Origin: an uncultured Desulfobacterales bacterium
Lineage (GTDB): Bacteria > Desulfobacterota > Dissulfuribacteria > Dissulfuribacterales > QOAL01
DNA length: 64,000 nucleotides
Direction: 5' to 3'
Assembly (NCBI GenBank): GCA_964573615.1
Contig: CAZNKD010000035.1
Location: 6,394 to 70,393, forward strand
The number at the start of each line of letters is the position of its first letter. The stretch's first letter is position 1. Both the position numbers and the translations under genes were made by a program. The notes beneath the pieces are model-generated. The model searched no databases. It was not told the origin of the DNA and worked only from the letters and a program-made list of their open reading frames with translations. This document shows, in pieces, positions 49,620 to 58,995 of the stretch.

Positions 49620-50692
49620 CCACTGTCTGGTCGTTCCTACTGGTGTTGAGCGGTCTCATATTCTTCCATGAGCTCGGCCATTTTGCTGTGGCAAGGGCCT
49701 TTGGCATCAGGGTCTTGAAGTTCTCCATAGGCTTTGGCCCAAGGGTATGGGGCATTGTCAGAAACGGTACCGACTACTGCATCTCTGCCTTTCCTCTCGG
49801 GGGGTTCGTGAAGATGTTGGGAGAGGTGCCTGGTGAGGAGGTGCCGGCAGAGGACAGGCCTTACTCCTTTTCCCACAGGCCTGTATGGCAGCGGGCCTGT
49901 GTGGTGGTGGCCGGGCCCCTTGCGAACTTCCTCTTTGCAATGGTGGTCTTCTTCGGCATCCTGCTCTCCTATGGGGATCCCATACTGCTGCCAGAGATCG
50001 GGGAGGTGGCCCCCGATTCCCCTGCAATGGAGGCCGGTATCCAGCCAGGGGACGTGATCGTGGCCATAAATGGTCAGAAGGTTGCGAGCTGGGAGGAGGC
50101 GGCAGGCATCATCAGAAAGAGCGGTGGAAAGACCATAGAGATGGAGATAAGGCGTGGGGATGAACTGTTGCGGCTCAGTGTGACCCCGCGGATGAACAAG
50201 GTTAAGAACATATTCGGAGAGGAGGTGGAGACTCCTCTCATAGGCATCACTGCAGCCGGCAAACTGGAGGTGAAACGGGTAGGCCCCTTGGATGCGGCAG
50301 TCATGGCTGTGGCCAAGACCTGGGATCTCACCGTGCTCACAGCAAAGGGGTTTGTCAAGATCATTGAGCGTGTGGTACCCCTATCCAGCCTGGGGGGGCC
50401 CATAATGATCGCCCAGATGGCTGGCCAGCAGGCAGAGCAGGGCTGGCTCAACCTCTTTTTCTTCATGGCCCTTTTGAGCATCAACCTGGGGCTGTTGAAT
50501 CTGCTTCCGATCCCGATGCTGGATGGAGGCCATCTGTTCTTCTATCTGGTGGAGGCGGTCACAGGCAGGCCCCTTTCCCAGAAACAGATGCAGGTGGTCC
50601 AGCAGATCGGAATGCTCATCCTCGGGGCCCTGATGCTCCTGGTCTTCTACAACGACATAGCAAGGCTTCTGGGGCTCATCCCGCCACCATAG
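49616..50692 (+). CDS. rseP: RIP zinc metalloprotease RseP (single PDZ)
   Basis: 358 aa with an ATGA overlap. Motifs HELGHF and NLLPIPMLDGGH, with a PDZ between the TM segments. Confidence 0.92.
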   Translation: MTTVWSFLLVLSGLIFFHELGHFAVARAFGIRVLKFSIGFGPRVWGIVRNGTDYCISAFPLGGFVKMLGEVPGEEVPAEDRPYSFSHRPVWQRACVVVAGPLANFLFAMVVFFGILLSYGDPILLPEIGEVAPDSPAMEAGIQPGDVIVAINGQKVASWEEAAGIIRKSGGKTIEMEIRRGDELLRLSVTPRMNKVKNIFGEEVETPLIGITAAGKLEVKRVGPLDAAVMAVAKTWDLTVLTAKGFVKIIERVVPLSSLGGPIMIAQMAGQQAEQGWLNLFFFMALLSINLGLLNLLPIPMLDGGHLFFYLVEAVTGRPLSQKQMQVVQQIGMLILGALMLLVFYNDIARLLGLIPPP

Positions 50693-50717
50693 ACGGCGCC
50701 ATAGGGAGCAAAACGCA

Positions 50718-51461
50718 TTGATCGTCCTGTCCCTTACAACATCCCAGATGTCCGGAGGCGCAGCCCTGATCAGGGACGACCAGATCGTCGGGGAGTTCAT
50801 CCTGGCATCCAGAAAGACCCATTCCCGCAGGCTCATGGCCCAGATCTTGAGATTGCTGGAGGAGGCGGACCTGTCCTGGGACAGGATCGATCTGGTGGCC
50901 GTGGACCAGGGGCCGGGCAGCTTTACCGGCCTCAGGATAGGCATCTCCACGGCCAAGGGGATAGCCATGGCCAAAGGGATCGGGACAGCGGCTGTGCCGA
51001 GCCTGGATGTGATGGCTGAGAACTGCCGCTACTTCAGGGGGTTCGTCTCTCCTGTGATAGATGCCAGAAGGGGCCAGGTCTATACGGCCTTTTTCTGGTC
51101 TGACGGATCCGGCTCCATGCACAGGATCGGAGGCTATCGGGCTGTAGATCCTGATGGGCTATTGGCAGGGTTGAAGGAGGGCGTACATGGCGTGCCTAAG
51201 ATGGAAGAGGAGCCGGTCCTCGTACTGGGAGATGGGCTCCTGGCCCACAGGGAGGCCCTGGTGAAGGCCCTCGGGACAGCGTTCAGGGATGTCGTCTTGG
51301 CAGATGTCGGCTTCTGGGCCATAAGGCCCTCATTTGTGGGGCTTGTTGCAGCAAGACGGATCGCCCTGGGGGAGATTGCCCCAGAGGGGCCAGAGGCCCT
51401 GCTTCCACTCTACTGCCGTCTGTCAGAGGCGGAAGAGAAGCTGAGAAAGGCCAATCCATGA
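50718..51461 (+). CDS. tsaB: tRNA threonylcarbamoyladenosine biosynthesis protein TsaB
   Basis: 247 aa with a TTG start. Motif GPGSFTGLRIG. Confidence 0.85.
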   Translation: MIVLSLTTSQMSGGAALIRDDQIVGEFILASRKTHSRRLMAQILRLLEEADLSWDRIDLVAVDQGPGSFTGLRIGISTAKGIAMAKGIGTAAVPSLDVMAENCRYFRGFVSPVIDARRGQVYTAFFWSDGSGSMHRIGGYRAVDPDGLLAGLKEGVHGVPKMEEEPVLVLGDGLLAHREALVKALGTAFRDVVLADVGFWAIRPSFVGLVAARRIALGEIAPEGPEALLPLYCRLSEAEEKLRKANP

Positions 51462-52273
51462 GCAAGGGGCGCCATTTTGAAGGCGCACGGCAAGGCAGCG
51501 GGCCAAGGGGAGTCGTGCTCGCCGACATACCATACTCAGGGGAGGCGGAATGGGTGGAGCGTCCCAACAGGTTTATGGGCCTTGTAAGACTCGATTCCGG
51601 GGATGTGGCCAAGGTACATGTCAGGGACCCGGGCAGACTGACCGAGCTGCTCTATCCTGGAAACAGGGTGCTCATAAGGAGGGCGCCATCCGGCACCAAA
51701 CGAAAGACTGGATGGGACCTTGTTGCAGCGAGGTTTGAGGATCAGTGGGTGCTTGTGAACTCGGGCCACCATCCGGAAATAGCAAGGTCCATCCTCTCTG
51801 ATCCCCGCCTCTGTCCCTTTGGCAGGCCGGTGTCCCTGAAGGGCGAGGTCAAGTTTGGCCAGAGCAGGCTGGATTTTCTGCTTGAGGCCGCCCCTTCGGA
51901 AAGGGGGCAGCCTTTGGCTCAGGTGGCAGACAGGGCCGACAAAAAGTGTGGTAAGATATTTATCGAGGTCAAGGGATGTACCCTTGCCAGAGACGGGATA
52001 GCACTCTTTCCGGATGCGCCGACATCAAGGGGGGCAAGGCACCTTGAGGAGCTCATGGAGGCCAAGCGCCAGGGGTTCGGGGCGGCCATCCTCGTTTTGG
52101 TGTTCAGGCAGGATGCCGAGATCTTCAGTCCAAACGGACAGACCGATCCCCGGTTTGCCGAGCTGTTCCACAGGGCTGTCTGCCGTGGTGTGGAGTGCTA
52201 TCCTGTCAAGATCGCCTATAGTGTAGAGACAGAGCAGGCCCTCTACGTTGAGTCGATTCCATTCAAGGCGTGA
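51458..52273 (+). CDS. sfsA: SfsA family DNA-binding/nuclease-fold protein
   Basis: 271 aa with an ATGA overlap. Motifs RPNRFMGLV and IEVKGCTL. About 35 aa of N-terminal extension. Confidence 0.85.
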   Translation: MSKGRHFEGARQGSGPRGVVLADIPYSGEAEWVERPNRFMGLVRLDSGDVAKVHVRDPGRLTELLYPGNRVLIRRAPSGTKRKTGWDLVAARFEDQWVLVNSGHHPEIARSILSDPRLCPFGRPVSLKGEVKFGQSRLDFLLEAAPSERGQPLAQVADRADKKCGKIFIEVKGCTLARDGIALFPDAPTSRGARHLEELMEAKRQGFGAAILVLVFRQDAEIFSPNGQTDPRFAELFHRAVCRGVECYPVKIAYSVETEQALYVESIPFKA

Positions 52274-52325
52274 AGGCCTTTGAATCTATCAGTCTATCAG
52301 AAAACCGCATCAGGAGGGATCAGTC

Positions 52326-52574
52326 ATGGCAGTCCTTACAAAGATTTGCCCCTACTGCAAGGAAAGGATTAAGAAGAACGCCCTGGTATGTCGATACTGT
52401 CATAGAGAGCTTGAGCCCGTCGAGCAGGAATCGTGCAACTCCCTCTGGGTCTTTGCAGGCTTTCTGGGTCTGGCCCTTGGGGCAGCGCTCGCCTTGGGGC
52501 TCGGCTATGTGAATGAAAGGCGCCGCTGGGAGGAAGACAGCGGGGAGTTCGATTTCGATCAGGACCTGACCTGA
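52326..52574 (+). CDS. small zinc-ribbon membrane protein
   Basis: 82 aa. RBS AGGAGG lies 7 nt upstream. CPYC...CRYC ribbon, then one TM (LWVFAGFLGLALGAALALGLGYV). Confidence 0.6.
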   Translation: MAVLTKICPYCKERIKKNALVCRYCHRELEPVEQESCNSLWVFAGFLGLALGAALALGLGYVNERRRWEEDSGEFDFDQDLT

Positions 52575-52731
52575 CGGACCAAGGGGCCATAAGTCAAAGG
52601 CGCATTGCGGATTCGACTCTCCCTGCATCTGCCATCCCTGCGGCTGCCGAGGCAAGGGCCATGTTCATGACCTTCGTTGCCGGACAGGGTCATTGAAGCG
52701 GCCCGCTAAAAAGGCAAAAGGATGGAGACAG

Positions 52732-53427
52732 ATGAAGGGAAGAAGAACCAGTACCATAAACATAGTGGCAAAGATATTTTGTGATGCGGTCAAGGAGGTC
52801 ATAGAAGGGGCCACCGGATCTGCCATAACATATGCGCCTACCATTCAGAAGGTGCCATCCATCAGCCTCAAACCGGATATAGGCTGTTTCGTCCAGTTTA
52901 CGGGGGACTATTCAGGACTCTTTATCATGAATCTTTCAGGCCCCGCCGCCCTTGAGATCTACAGGCGCTCCATGAGCTTCATGGGGCTTCCGGAAGAGGA
53001 GCTGACCACCGACTGGTTCTCAGACGATGTGGTGAACTGCATCGGAGAGTTCATCAACCAGATCATCGGCAAGGCCAGGCAGAAGGTGGAGCACGAGTAC
53101 GGCCTTACCGCCACGAACAACCAGCCTAAGGCCATAAGCATATCCTCTGCCATCAATATGTCCGTGGCAACCATGCTGGAGCGCCCCCAGTGCCGCAGGC
53201 TCTCCTTCCGCACCGAAGACAACAACCCCTTCTATGTGGAGATGAATCTGGAGCAGACGGAGTTCATCCAGCTCGAGCCGGTGGCCAGGGGAGAGGCCAA
53301 GGATATCCAGGAGCATATCGACTCTGTAATCGAAGGGGGCCAGATCCCTGGTTCAGAGGATGATCCCGATTCCGGTGCGGAAGAGGATATCGATGTGGAT
53401 GCACTCCTCAGCCAGTATGGGAAGTGA
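52732..53427 (+). CDS. CheX-like fold protein (DUF3334-like) with acidic C-terminal tail
   Basis: The pattern ...AVKEVIEGATGSAI...DIGCFVQFTGDYSGLFIMNLSGPAALEIY... resembles CheX/CheC phosphatase-fold proteins. The start is ATG 52732 or TTG 52693. Confidence 0.5.
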   Translation: MKGRRTSTINIVAKIFCDAVKEVIEGATGSAITYAPTIQKVPSISLKPDIGCFVQFTGDYSGLFIMNLSGPAALEIYRRSMSFMGLPEEELTTDWFSDDVVNCIGEFINQIIGKARQKVEHEYGLTATNNQPKAISISSAINMSVATMLERPQCRRLSFRTEDNNPFYVEMNLEQTEFIQLEPVARGEAKDIQEHIDSVIEGGQIPGSEDDPDSGAEEDIDVDALLSQYGK

Positions 53428-53508
53428 TCCCCCAGTTTGTGCTTGCTTTTTTCCTCCATAAGTGTCATTTCATAATTAATAATTCTGAAAGGAAAGGAGG
53501 AGAGCAAC

Positions 53509-53850
53509 ATGAACATTCTGGTAATCGGCTGTGGTTCCTACATGGATGCAGGCTATGGCTGTCCTGGTGAATACAAGTGCATATCTGCCGTCAAGGAGAA
53601 GAACGGCGAGTTTGCCAAGTATGATGATCCGGTACTGGTCGGCTTCTTGAGGTGCCAGTGTCCCGGCCGGGCCACCATCAACAACATCGGTATGGTGATA
53701 AAGAACGTCAAGGTGGATGCCGTCCATCTGAGCAACTGCATGGTAAAGGCGCAGCCCATGTGCAAGAATCACGATTTCGAGCAGTTCAAGAAGATGGTGG
53801 AGGAGAAGTACGGGATCCCCTGTGTGCTCGGCACACACGCCTACGGTTAG
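53509..53850 (+). CDS. CGGC-domain protein (variant CQCPG motif)
   Basis: 113 aa with a strong RBS AAAGGAGGAG. Motifs ILVIGCGSY...GYGCPGE...LRCQCPGRA...HLSNCM. Confidence 0.65.
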   Translation: MNILVIGCGSYMDAGYGCPGEYKCISAVKEKNGEFAKYDDPVLVGFLRCQCPGRATINNIGMVIKNVKVDAVHLSNCMVKAQPMCKNHDFEQFKKMVEEKYGIPCVLGTHAYG

Positions 53851-53885
53851 GCCATCGGGGTATCCTGGCAAATTCGAATGAATGA

Positions 53886-53930
53886 GGGCCGTAGCCTGCC
53901 CCTCTTGCACAGGGGTGGGACGGCCTTTTT
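53886..53930 (+). terminator. rho-independent terminator
   Basis: Long interrupted hairpin (GGCCGT...ACGGCC outer, CCTGCCCCT/AGGGGTGGG inner) followed by TTTTT. Confidence 0.75.
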
Positions 53931-54160
53931 AGTTGCCGCACTTCATAATAGTTCGCTTCCTAAAAAAAATCCCTTAGATCTCAAAAAATCGCCTGAATTC
54001 TCTGTCAAACTGCCCTTGGTTGAATTCATGTTCATTTGACAAAAAGGGGCCATGCCTCTACGGTGATAGTCTGATAGGACAGAGAGATAGGTTCATCTTG
54101 TGACAGGGGTGCTTTCAGGCCCCCTGGAGACCTGCCGCAAAGGGGCTCAGAGACAGGGAG

Positions 54161-55414
54161 ATGCTCGAACTGAAGAGGCTTAGACGCCGGGTGAAAGAGG
54201 CTGTTGAGAGGGCGGTCCCGGATGCCCGCATAGACTTTTGTCTCACCTGTGGTCTCTGCGTCAGCGGCTGTCCCGCCTCTGGTCTTGAAGGCCTCGATCC
54301 CAGGAAATTCCTGCGTCTTCTGGTGCTCGGCCAGGATCAGGAGATACTGGAGACCAACTGGATATACTCCTGTACCATGTGTCAGCGCTGCCGCTATGCA
54401 TGCCCCATGGGCATAGACATAGGCAGGATCGTCTATGAGCTGAGGGGTATGCGCCCCAGGGAGCAGCGCCCACCCAATCTCCAGCGCTCTTGTGATCTTC
54501 AGAAGGCCTCAAACAGCACCGGTATCCCCAACGAGGATTTCGTATGGGTGGTCGGTGACGTGCTGGAGGAGGTGCGCCAGAACGAGCCAGAGTGGAAGGA
54601 TCTCCAGGCGCCCATAGACAAAAAGGGGGCAAGATACTATCTGAACCAGAATGCCAAGGAGCCCACGGTAGAGCCGGAGGAGATGGTGCCGCTCTGGAAG
54701 ATCCTCCATGCGGCCGGTATAGACTGGACCTATTCTTCCAAGTGGTGGGACGGGGCCAACTACTGCCTGTTTACGGGGGACCCCGAAGACTGGGAATACA
54801 CGGTCAGGAAGCAGGCCGAGACAGTGGATGCCCTTGGATGCCGATATTACATAAACACGGAGTGAGGCCACATGTTCTACGCGACCCTGGAGGGGTTGCG
54901 AAGGTTCAAGATCCCGCACAACTTCGAATTCGTTAGCATAATCACCCTCTATGCCGAGTGGATCAGACAGGGGAGACTCAAGGTCTCATCGAGCTGGAAC
55001 AGCCAGGGACTCAAGTTCACGGTCCAAGACCCTTGCAAGCTGGTCCGCCAGGGCCTGGGAGACTCTGTGGCCGAGGACCTAAGATTCGTGATCAAGAAGG
55101 TGGTAGGAGAGGAGAACTTCATAGACGTCTGGCCAAGACTCAGCAACAACTACTGTTGCGGAGGCGGTGGAGGGGCCCTCCAGGCAGGATTCGTGGAGAA
55201 CAGGAGGCGCTATGGCAGACGCAAGTTCGACCAGCTTGCGGCCACCGGCGCCGATGTGGTGATCACCCCGTGCCACAACTGCCATACCCAGGTGGCTGAC
55301 ATCTGTGAGTACTATGGCGGTGGCTGGAAGACCACCCACCTTTGGAACTGGCTGGAAAAGGCCCTGGTCCTCGATGGTGGCGGGCCGGAAGGGGAGGGGC
55401 ACAGAGATGGCTGA
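54161..55414 (+). CDS. HdrD/DsrK/GlpC-like Fe-S protein (2x[4Fe-4S] + two CCG domains), probable selenoprotein with in-frame UGA at 54863-54865
   Basis: ORFs 54161-54865 and 54872-55414 are in the same frame, separated only by TGA-GGC-CAC. The UGA falls where the first CCG domain should have its terminal Cys (YINTE-U-GHMFYATL, compared with VITPCHNCHTQV in the second domain). Also present: CLTCGLCVSGCP, CTMCQRCRYACP and NYCCGGGGG. A hairpin lies 15 nt downstream. Confidence 0.65.
54880..54900 (+). promoter_or_regulatory. candidate bacterial SECIS hairpin
   Basis: 8-bp stem CGCGACCC/GGGTTGCG (one G-U pair) with loop UGGAG. The stem starts 15 nt after the UGA. Confidence 0.45.
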
Positions 55415-58400
55415 TCTGTCCGGCTCTGTCCTGGTTGTAGGCGGCGGGATTTCCGGCGTCCAGGCAGCTCTCGATCTCGCAGACAGCGGATTCTATGTCC
55501 ACCTGGTGGAGCGCGGCCCTGCCATCGGAGGGGCCATGAGCCAGCTGGACAAGACCTTTCCCACCAATGACTGCTCTGCATGCATCTTGTCACCGAAGCT
55601 GGTGGAATGCGGCCGGCATCTCAACATAAATCTTCTGACCCTCTCCCAGGTGGAGGCACTGGAGGGAGGGCCTGGCCGGTTCAAGGTGCGTGTGCGCCAG
55701 ATGCCCCGCTATGTGGACACAGACAAGTGCATAGCCTGCGGGGCCTGTGCGGAAAAATGCCCCAAGAAGGTGCCAAGCCAGTTCGATCTCGGCCTTGGAA
55801 CCAGAAAGGCCATCTATCTCCAGTATCCCCAGGCGGTTCCCCTTAAATATGCCATCGACCCGGAACAGTGCATCTGGCTCAGAAAGCCGGGTCGATGCGG
55901 TGCCTGTGTAAAGGCGTGTCCTTCCGGGGCCATAAACTTCGATGACAAGCAAAGGGTACACGATCTCACGGTGGGCAGCGTGATACTTGCCCCGGGATTC
56001 AGGCCCTTTGATCCGTCAGGGCTGGATTTTCTGGGCTACAAGAGCCTTGACAATGTCATCACATCCATGGAGTTCGAGCGTATCCTGAGCCCTTCGGGCC
56101 CCTTCAAGGGGCACATGGTGCGGCCCTCTGATGGCAAAGAGCCAAGGAGGATCGCCTGGCTCCAGTGTGTCGGATCCCGGGACATAAACAGGGCCTGCCA
56201 CGGATACTGCTCCTCCGTATGCTGCATGTATGCAGTAAAGCAGGCCTTCATTGCAAGGGAGCATGCCAAGGGCCAGGGGCTCGACACAGAGATCTTCTTC
56301 ATGGATATGCGTACCCACGGCAAGGGGTTCGAGTCCTATTACCAGCGGGCCAGACAGGAGGGCATACTCTTTCGGCGTGCCAGGGTGCACACCATCCTGC
56401 CGGACAGGGAGTCCGAGGGAGGTCTTGTGCTCACCTGGGGCGATGAAGAGGGCAAGATACATGAATCCCGCTTCGATATGGTGGTCCTGTCCGTGGGCCT
56501 GGAGCCGGATCCTGAGGTCATGGCGCTCTCTGAGCGGCTGGGTGTGGAGCTCGATCCGGACATGTTCGTCCTTACAGAAGGCTTCAGCCCTGTGGCCACC
56601 TCAAGGCCGGGAATTTTCGTATGCGGGGCGGCCTCTGAGCCAAAGGATATCCCCCAGTCCGTCATGGAGGCCAGCGCTGCAGCCCTTGAGGCAGAGAGGC
56701 TTCTGTCTCCGGCGAGATGGAGTGAGACCAAAACACCGGAATATCCCCCTGAGAGGGACGTGTTTTCCGAACCGCCCAGGATCGGGGTCTTTGTCTGTTC
56801 CTGCGGCATCAATATCGGCTCTGTGGTGGATGTAGAGCGGGTGTGTGACTATGCAAAGGGGCTGCCCGGTGTGGTCTTTGCCCAGACAAATCTCTTCACA
56901 TGCTCCCAGGACACCATAAACCAGATGGCCGAAACCGTGAGAAGGCAGAGACTGAACAGGGTCGTGGTGGCTTCCTGCACACCGAGGACCCACGAGCCCC
57001 TGTTCCAGGAGACGCTGCGCGAGGCGGGGATAAACAAGTATCTCTTCGAGATGGCCAATATCAGGGATCAGGACTCATGGGTGCATCAGTCAGATCCCGA
57101 GGCTGCCACCAGGAAGGCCATGGATCTCGTGCGCATGGCTGTTGCCAAGGTTCGGGGAGACCAGCCCCTGGCCTACAACACCATCCAGGTGATAAAGGAG
57201 GCCCTTGTGGTGGGGGGCGGGGTGGCTGGCATGACTGCCGCACTCAGTCTGGCAGATCAGGGCTTTCCCGTGACCCTCGTAGAGAGGGAGGCCCGCCTCG
57301 GGGGCTGGGCCAGGAGCCTTTTTCATACAAGCAGCAGGGAGCCGGTGCAGAAAGAGCTGGCAAATCTCATCTCAAAGGTGGAAGCGCATAGCCGGATCTC
57401 AGTAAAGACGGGCGTTACGGTCAAGGATGTGTCTGGCTCCGTGGGCCGTTTTTCAACCTCACTTTCAGACGGCAGCTCGGTGGAGCACGGGGTGGCCATA
57501 GTTGCGGTCGGTGCCGAGCCCTGGCTGCCCGAGCCAGGCTCACCCCACAGCTATCTCTATGGAGTCCACCCAGGTGTACGAACCCTGCTGGAGGTGGATC
57601 AGGCCCTGATATCGGGCGAAGGCCTGCCGGAGGAGCTCAAACAGGCGGTCTTCATACACTGTGTGGGCTCTCGCATCCCGGAGCGGCCCTACTGCTCAAG
57701 GGTGTGCTGTAGCCACGCCATAGAGCAGGCCCTTGCCCTCAAGGATCGGAATCCGGATCTTGAGATATTCATGCTCTATCGGGATATCCGTACCTATGGA
57801 AGACGCGAATATCTCTATCAGGAGGCCAGAAGGCGCGGCATCATCTTCATCAGATATGACCTTGAGGAGCCTCCCCAGGCGGCCATGGCCCAGGGAGAAG
57901 CCGGCCAGGAACTGGTTGTACGTGTGAAGGACCACGTCCTTGGCAGGCCTGTGGAGCTAAGGCCGGAGCTGCTGGTGCTCGCCACTGCAATCACGCCCCG
58001 CAGGGATTCCGGGGCCCTTGCCCAGTTCTTCAAGTGTGCCACCGGATCAGACGGTTTCCTGCTCGAGGCCCATATGAAGCTCAGGCCAGTGGATTTTGCC
58101 ACAGACGGGGTCTTTCTTGCCGGACTGTGCCACTATCCAAAGCCCATAGAGGAGACCATCGCCCAGGCCAAGGCCGCGGCCTCCAGGGCAGGGCTCATCC
58201 TCTCCAAGGACCATGTCCCGGCAGAGAGCATAACCGCAGAGGTGAACCGGGCCAAATGTACAGGGTGCGGGGTGTGTGAAAGGGTGTGCGCCTATCATGC
58301 GGTTGCCGTAGATCCGGCATCGGGCAGTGCAGTGGTGGACAGTGCCATGTGCAAGGGATGCGGGGCCTGTGTGGCAGGGTGCAGGTCTGATGCGATCACC

Positions 58401-58469
58401 CTCAAGAACATGGGCAACGAGCAGATAATGGCCGAGGTGGAGGCTGTTGTGGACGAATGGATCCTGTAG
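55407..58469 (+). CDS. large HdrA-like flavoprotein/Fe-S protein with two FAD-binding modules
   Basis: ATG 55407 overlaps the upstream stop (ATGGCTGA) and gives 1020 aa. Two Rossmann motifs (VLVVGGGISGVQAALDLADSG and ALVVGGGVAGMTAALSLADQG). Also HdrA NDCSACILSPK, CVGSRD twice, and four ferredoxin CxxCxxCxxxCP motifs. Confidence 0.88.
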   Translation: MADLSGSVLVVGGGISGVQAALDLADSGFYVHLVERGPAIGGAMSQLDKTFPTNDCSACILSPKLVECGRHLNINLLTLSQVEALEGGPGRFKVRVRQMPRYVDTDKCIACGACAEKCPKKVPSQFDLGLGTRKAIYLQYPQAVPLKYAIDPEQCIWLRKPGRCGACVKACPSGAINFDDKQRVHDLTVGSVILAPGFRPFDPSGLDFLGYKSLDNVITSMEFERILSPSGPFKGHMVRPSDGKEPRRIAWLQCVGSRDINRACHGYCSSVCCMYAVKQAFIAREHAKGQGLDTEIFFMDMRTHGKGFESYYQRARQEGILFRRARVHTILPDRESEGGLVLTWGDEEGKIHESRFDMVVLSVGLEPDPEVMALSERLGVELDPDMFVLTEGFSPVATSRPGIFVCGAASEPKDIPQSVMEASAAALEAERLLSPARWSETKTPEYPPERDVFSEPPRIGVFVCSCGINIGSVVDVERVCDYAKGLPGVVFAQTNLFTCSQDTINQMAETVRRQRLNRVVVASCTPRTHEPLFQETLREAGINKYLFEMANIRDQDSWVHQSDPEAATRKAMDLVRMAVAKVRGDQPLAYNTIQVIKEALVVGGGVAGMTAALSLADQGFPVTLVEREARLGGWARSLFHTSSREPVQKELANLISKVEAHSRISVKTGVTVKDVSGSVGRFSTSLSDGSSVEHGVAIVAVGAEPWLPEPGSPHSYLYGVHPGVRTLLEVDQALISGEGLPEELKQAVFIHCVGSRIPERPYCSRVCCSHAIEQALALKDRNPDLEIFMLYRDIRTYGRREYLYQEARRRGIIFIRYDLEEPPQAAMAQGEAGQELVVRVKDHVLGRPVELRPELLVLATAITPRRDSGALAQFFKCATGSDGFLLEAHMKLRPVDFATDGVFLAGLCHYPKPIEETIAQAKAAASRAGLILSKDHVPAESITAEVNRAKCTGCGVCERVCAYHAVAVDPASGSAVVDSAMCKGCGACVAGCRSDAITLKNMGNEQIMAEVEAVVDEWIL

Positions 58470-58495
58470 ACTCTTTTCAAACGGACTGATAAGAA

Positions 58496-58987
58496 ATGGG
58501 AGCTGAAAGGGAAAATTCCGGGACAGGCGGACAGTGGGAGCCCAGGATAGTGGCCTTCCTGTGCAACTGGTGCAGTTATGCCGGTGCAGATCTGGCAGGT
58601 GTGAGCAGGCTCCAATATCCGCCCTATATCAGGATTGTCCGGGTCCCCTGTTCCGGCAGGGTGAGCGCCCAGCTCATCCTGGATGCCTTCAGGGCCGGTG
58701 CAGATGGTGTATGGGTCTCTGGTTGTCATCCGGGTGATTGTCACTATATCAGTGGCAACCTGTATGCCAGGCGCCGGTTCGTGCTTCTGAGGCGGTTTCT
58801 GGAGTTCGTGGGGATTGAGCCTGGAAGACTCCATTTTTCTTGGATTTCTGCATCCGAAGGAGAGAAGTTTGCCCAGACGGCGGCCAGGGTTGCCGAAGAG
58901 GTAAAGGCCCTTGGCCCCTCCAGGCGACTTGTCAAGAGATTCGATCCGCAGGGGAGGGTGATCCCGGCGGAACAGGTCACAGGATAG
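58496..58987 (+). CDS. MvhD/FlxD-like [2Fe-2S] electron-transfer subunit
   Basis: 163 aa with IVAFLCNWCSYAGADLAG...VPCSGRV...GADGVWVSGCHPGDCHY. Confidence 0.88.
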   Translation: MGAERENSGTGGQWEPRIVAFLCNWCSYAGADLAGVSRLQYPPYIRIVRVPCSGRVSAQLILDAFRAGADGVWVSGCHPGDCHYISGNLYARRRFVLLRRFLEFVGIEPGRLHFSWISASEGEKFAQTAARVAEEVKALGPSRRLVKRFDPQGRVIPAEQVTG

Positions 58988-58995
58988 GGGAGCTG

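Noticed and set aside
54064-54090. Three GATAG-containing direct repeats upstream of the hdr-like operon as a response-regulator site
   Set aside because: The repeats are short and irregularly spaced (8 and 13 nt) and could easily arise by chance in an AT-richer leader.
54863-54874. Reading the TGA as a true stop, giving separate HdrC-like (234 aa) and HdrB-like (180 aa) genes
   Set aside because: This reading is disfavoured. The stop splits a CCG domain at its conserved Cys column, both parts are in frame with only 2 codons between them, and a SECIS-like hairpin follows. It is not fully excluded, because GGAG lies 9 nt upstream of ATG 54872.
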